Origin: a virus
Lineage: Duplodnaviria > Caudoviricetes
DNA length: 35,596 nucleotides
Virus record (IMG/VR): IMGVR_UViG_3300020181_000022
Location: 1-35,596 of that record
Reading direction: 5' to 3' (one strand)
Position numbers and translations under genes: made by a program. This document shows positions 34,643 to 35,596 of this stretch, piece by piece; the first letter of the stretch is position 1; every line of letters begins with the position of its first letter. The notes under the pieces were generated by a model, which did no database searches, had not been told where the DNA came from, and saw nothing but the letters and a program-made list of their open reading frames with translations.

Positions 34643-35439
34643 AGATTGATGTATTAGATAAGGGATACGTGCGCTATGACAAGCATATGGGATCGGATCT
34701 TGATGTGGTTAATTCGGCCAAGGTCTCTTTCGACCGGGCGAGTGCGACGTTTGAGGAAAAGGAAGCCCGACTCCTCGCTTTTCTCGTTAGAGACGGCCAT
34801 ACAAGCACCTTCCGCCATTCGGCGGTCACGTTGGAGGTCTATGCACCGCTCATCACTGCGAGACAATGGTGGAAGTACGCGGTAGCCTCAGCACACGTTG
34901 AAGATCAATTAGGCTGGAATGAGTCTAGTCGTCGCTACATTACAGAGACTCCTGAGTTCTATCTCGTGGCCCCTGATGAGTGGCGTAGTGTGCCAGAAAA
35001 CAAGAAGCAGGGTAGCGGACCAACCATCGAATCTTTGAGTGCTGAGGATTGGGAAAAGGGCAACCGAGAGTTTTTCTCTTGGAATCCAGAGGACGGTCAT
35101 TACCAGCCACCAAACATTGATGACGTGCTGGCATGGCAGATGCAGTATGGAAACTATTGGACCAAGCAGCTAGCTGGAATGTATTCTGCTGGTTTGCATT
35201 ACTACGATCAGGCTATTGAGCGAGGTATTGCTCCTGAGCAGGCCCGATTGTTCCTGCCTGCCTATGGACTTTATGTTAGATGGCGTTGGACATTCAGCCT
35301 AGGGGCCGGTTTACATTTTTTGCACCAGCGCCTAGCACACGATGCACAGAGTGAGATACGTTCATATGCCGAAGCTGTACGTGATATTTTAAAGATTCAC
35401 TTTCCAAAATCAGTAGAAGCAACATTGGAGTTGGTATGA
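34639..35439 (+). CDS. thyX: Flavin-dependent thymidylate synthase
   Basis: VLDKGYVR...MGSDLDVVNSAKVSF, GHTSTFRH, WNESSRRY, APEQARLFLP and RLAHDAQSEIR. Confidence 0.93.
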   Translation: MKIDVLDKGYVRYDKHMGSDLDVVNSAKVSFDRASATFEEKEARLLAFLVRDGHTSTFRHSAVTLEVYAPLITARQWWKYAVASAHVEDQLGWNESSRRYITETPEFYLVAPDEWRSVPENKKQGSGPTIESLSAEDWEKGNREFFSWNPEDGHYQPPNIDDVLAWQMQYGNYWTKQLAGMYSAGLHYYDQAIERGIAPEQARLFLPAYGLYVRWRWTFSLGAGLHFLHQRLAHDAQSEIRSYAEAVRDILKIHFPKSVEATLELV

Positions 35440-35588
35440 GTTTTCAGGTGTTTGTAGACGGTGATGGTGAGCAGTATTGGACCGCTCAGGATAATGTAGA
35501 AGATGCCTTGCGTAAGTTTCTAGAAGAAATGCAGCCAGCCCGTAGGGTTAGCTTGGTATGGGAAGATTTTGATTATGAACCGGAGTAA
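35436..35588 (+). CDS. Hypothetical protein, 50 aa
   Basis: ATGA overlap with thyX; MSFQVFVDGDGEQYWTAQDNVEDALRKFLEEM...*. Confidence 0.6.
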   Translation: MSFQVFVDGDGEQYWTAQDNVEDALRKFLEEMQPARRVSLVWEDFDYEPE

Positions 35589-35596
35589 TAATGAGC

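Overview
This window is part of a large siphovirus genome that infects Actinobacteria. It resembles the big Streptomyces BE/BK and Rhodococcus CB/CE-type phages, and the LGFP-repeat endolysin points to a mycolata-type host (inference). Bases 1-31011 form a minus-strand block. In transcription order it carries a GT4 glycosyltransferase, an SGNH/fibre protein, a GH12-like protein, class II RNR, an endolysin cassette, an HNH remnant, a LamG-like protein, portal, protease/scaffold and major capsid. It continues with fibre genes, head-tail genes, major tail, frameshifted tail chaperones and the 5' part of the tape measure. From 31040 the plus strand carries small genes and thyX. The most unusual element is a ~450 nt non-coding region (31307-31760) with two promoters and many nested and crossing helices, a candidate large structured ncRNA. 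Other notable points are a ~140 nt promoter-to-terminator sRNA candidate after the lysin, eight apparently leaderless genes, an ATT-initiated tape measure and a nested scaffold start. All assignments come from motif reading by eye; no searches or folding programs were run.
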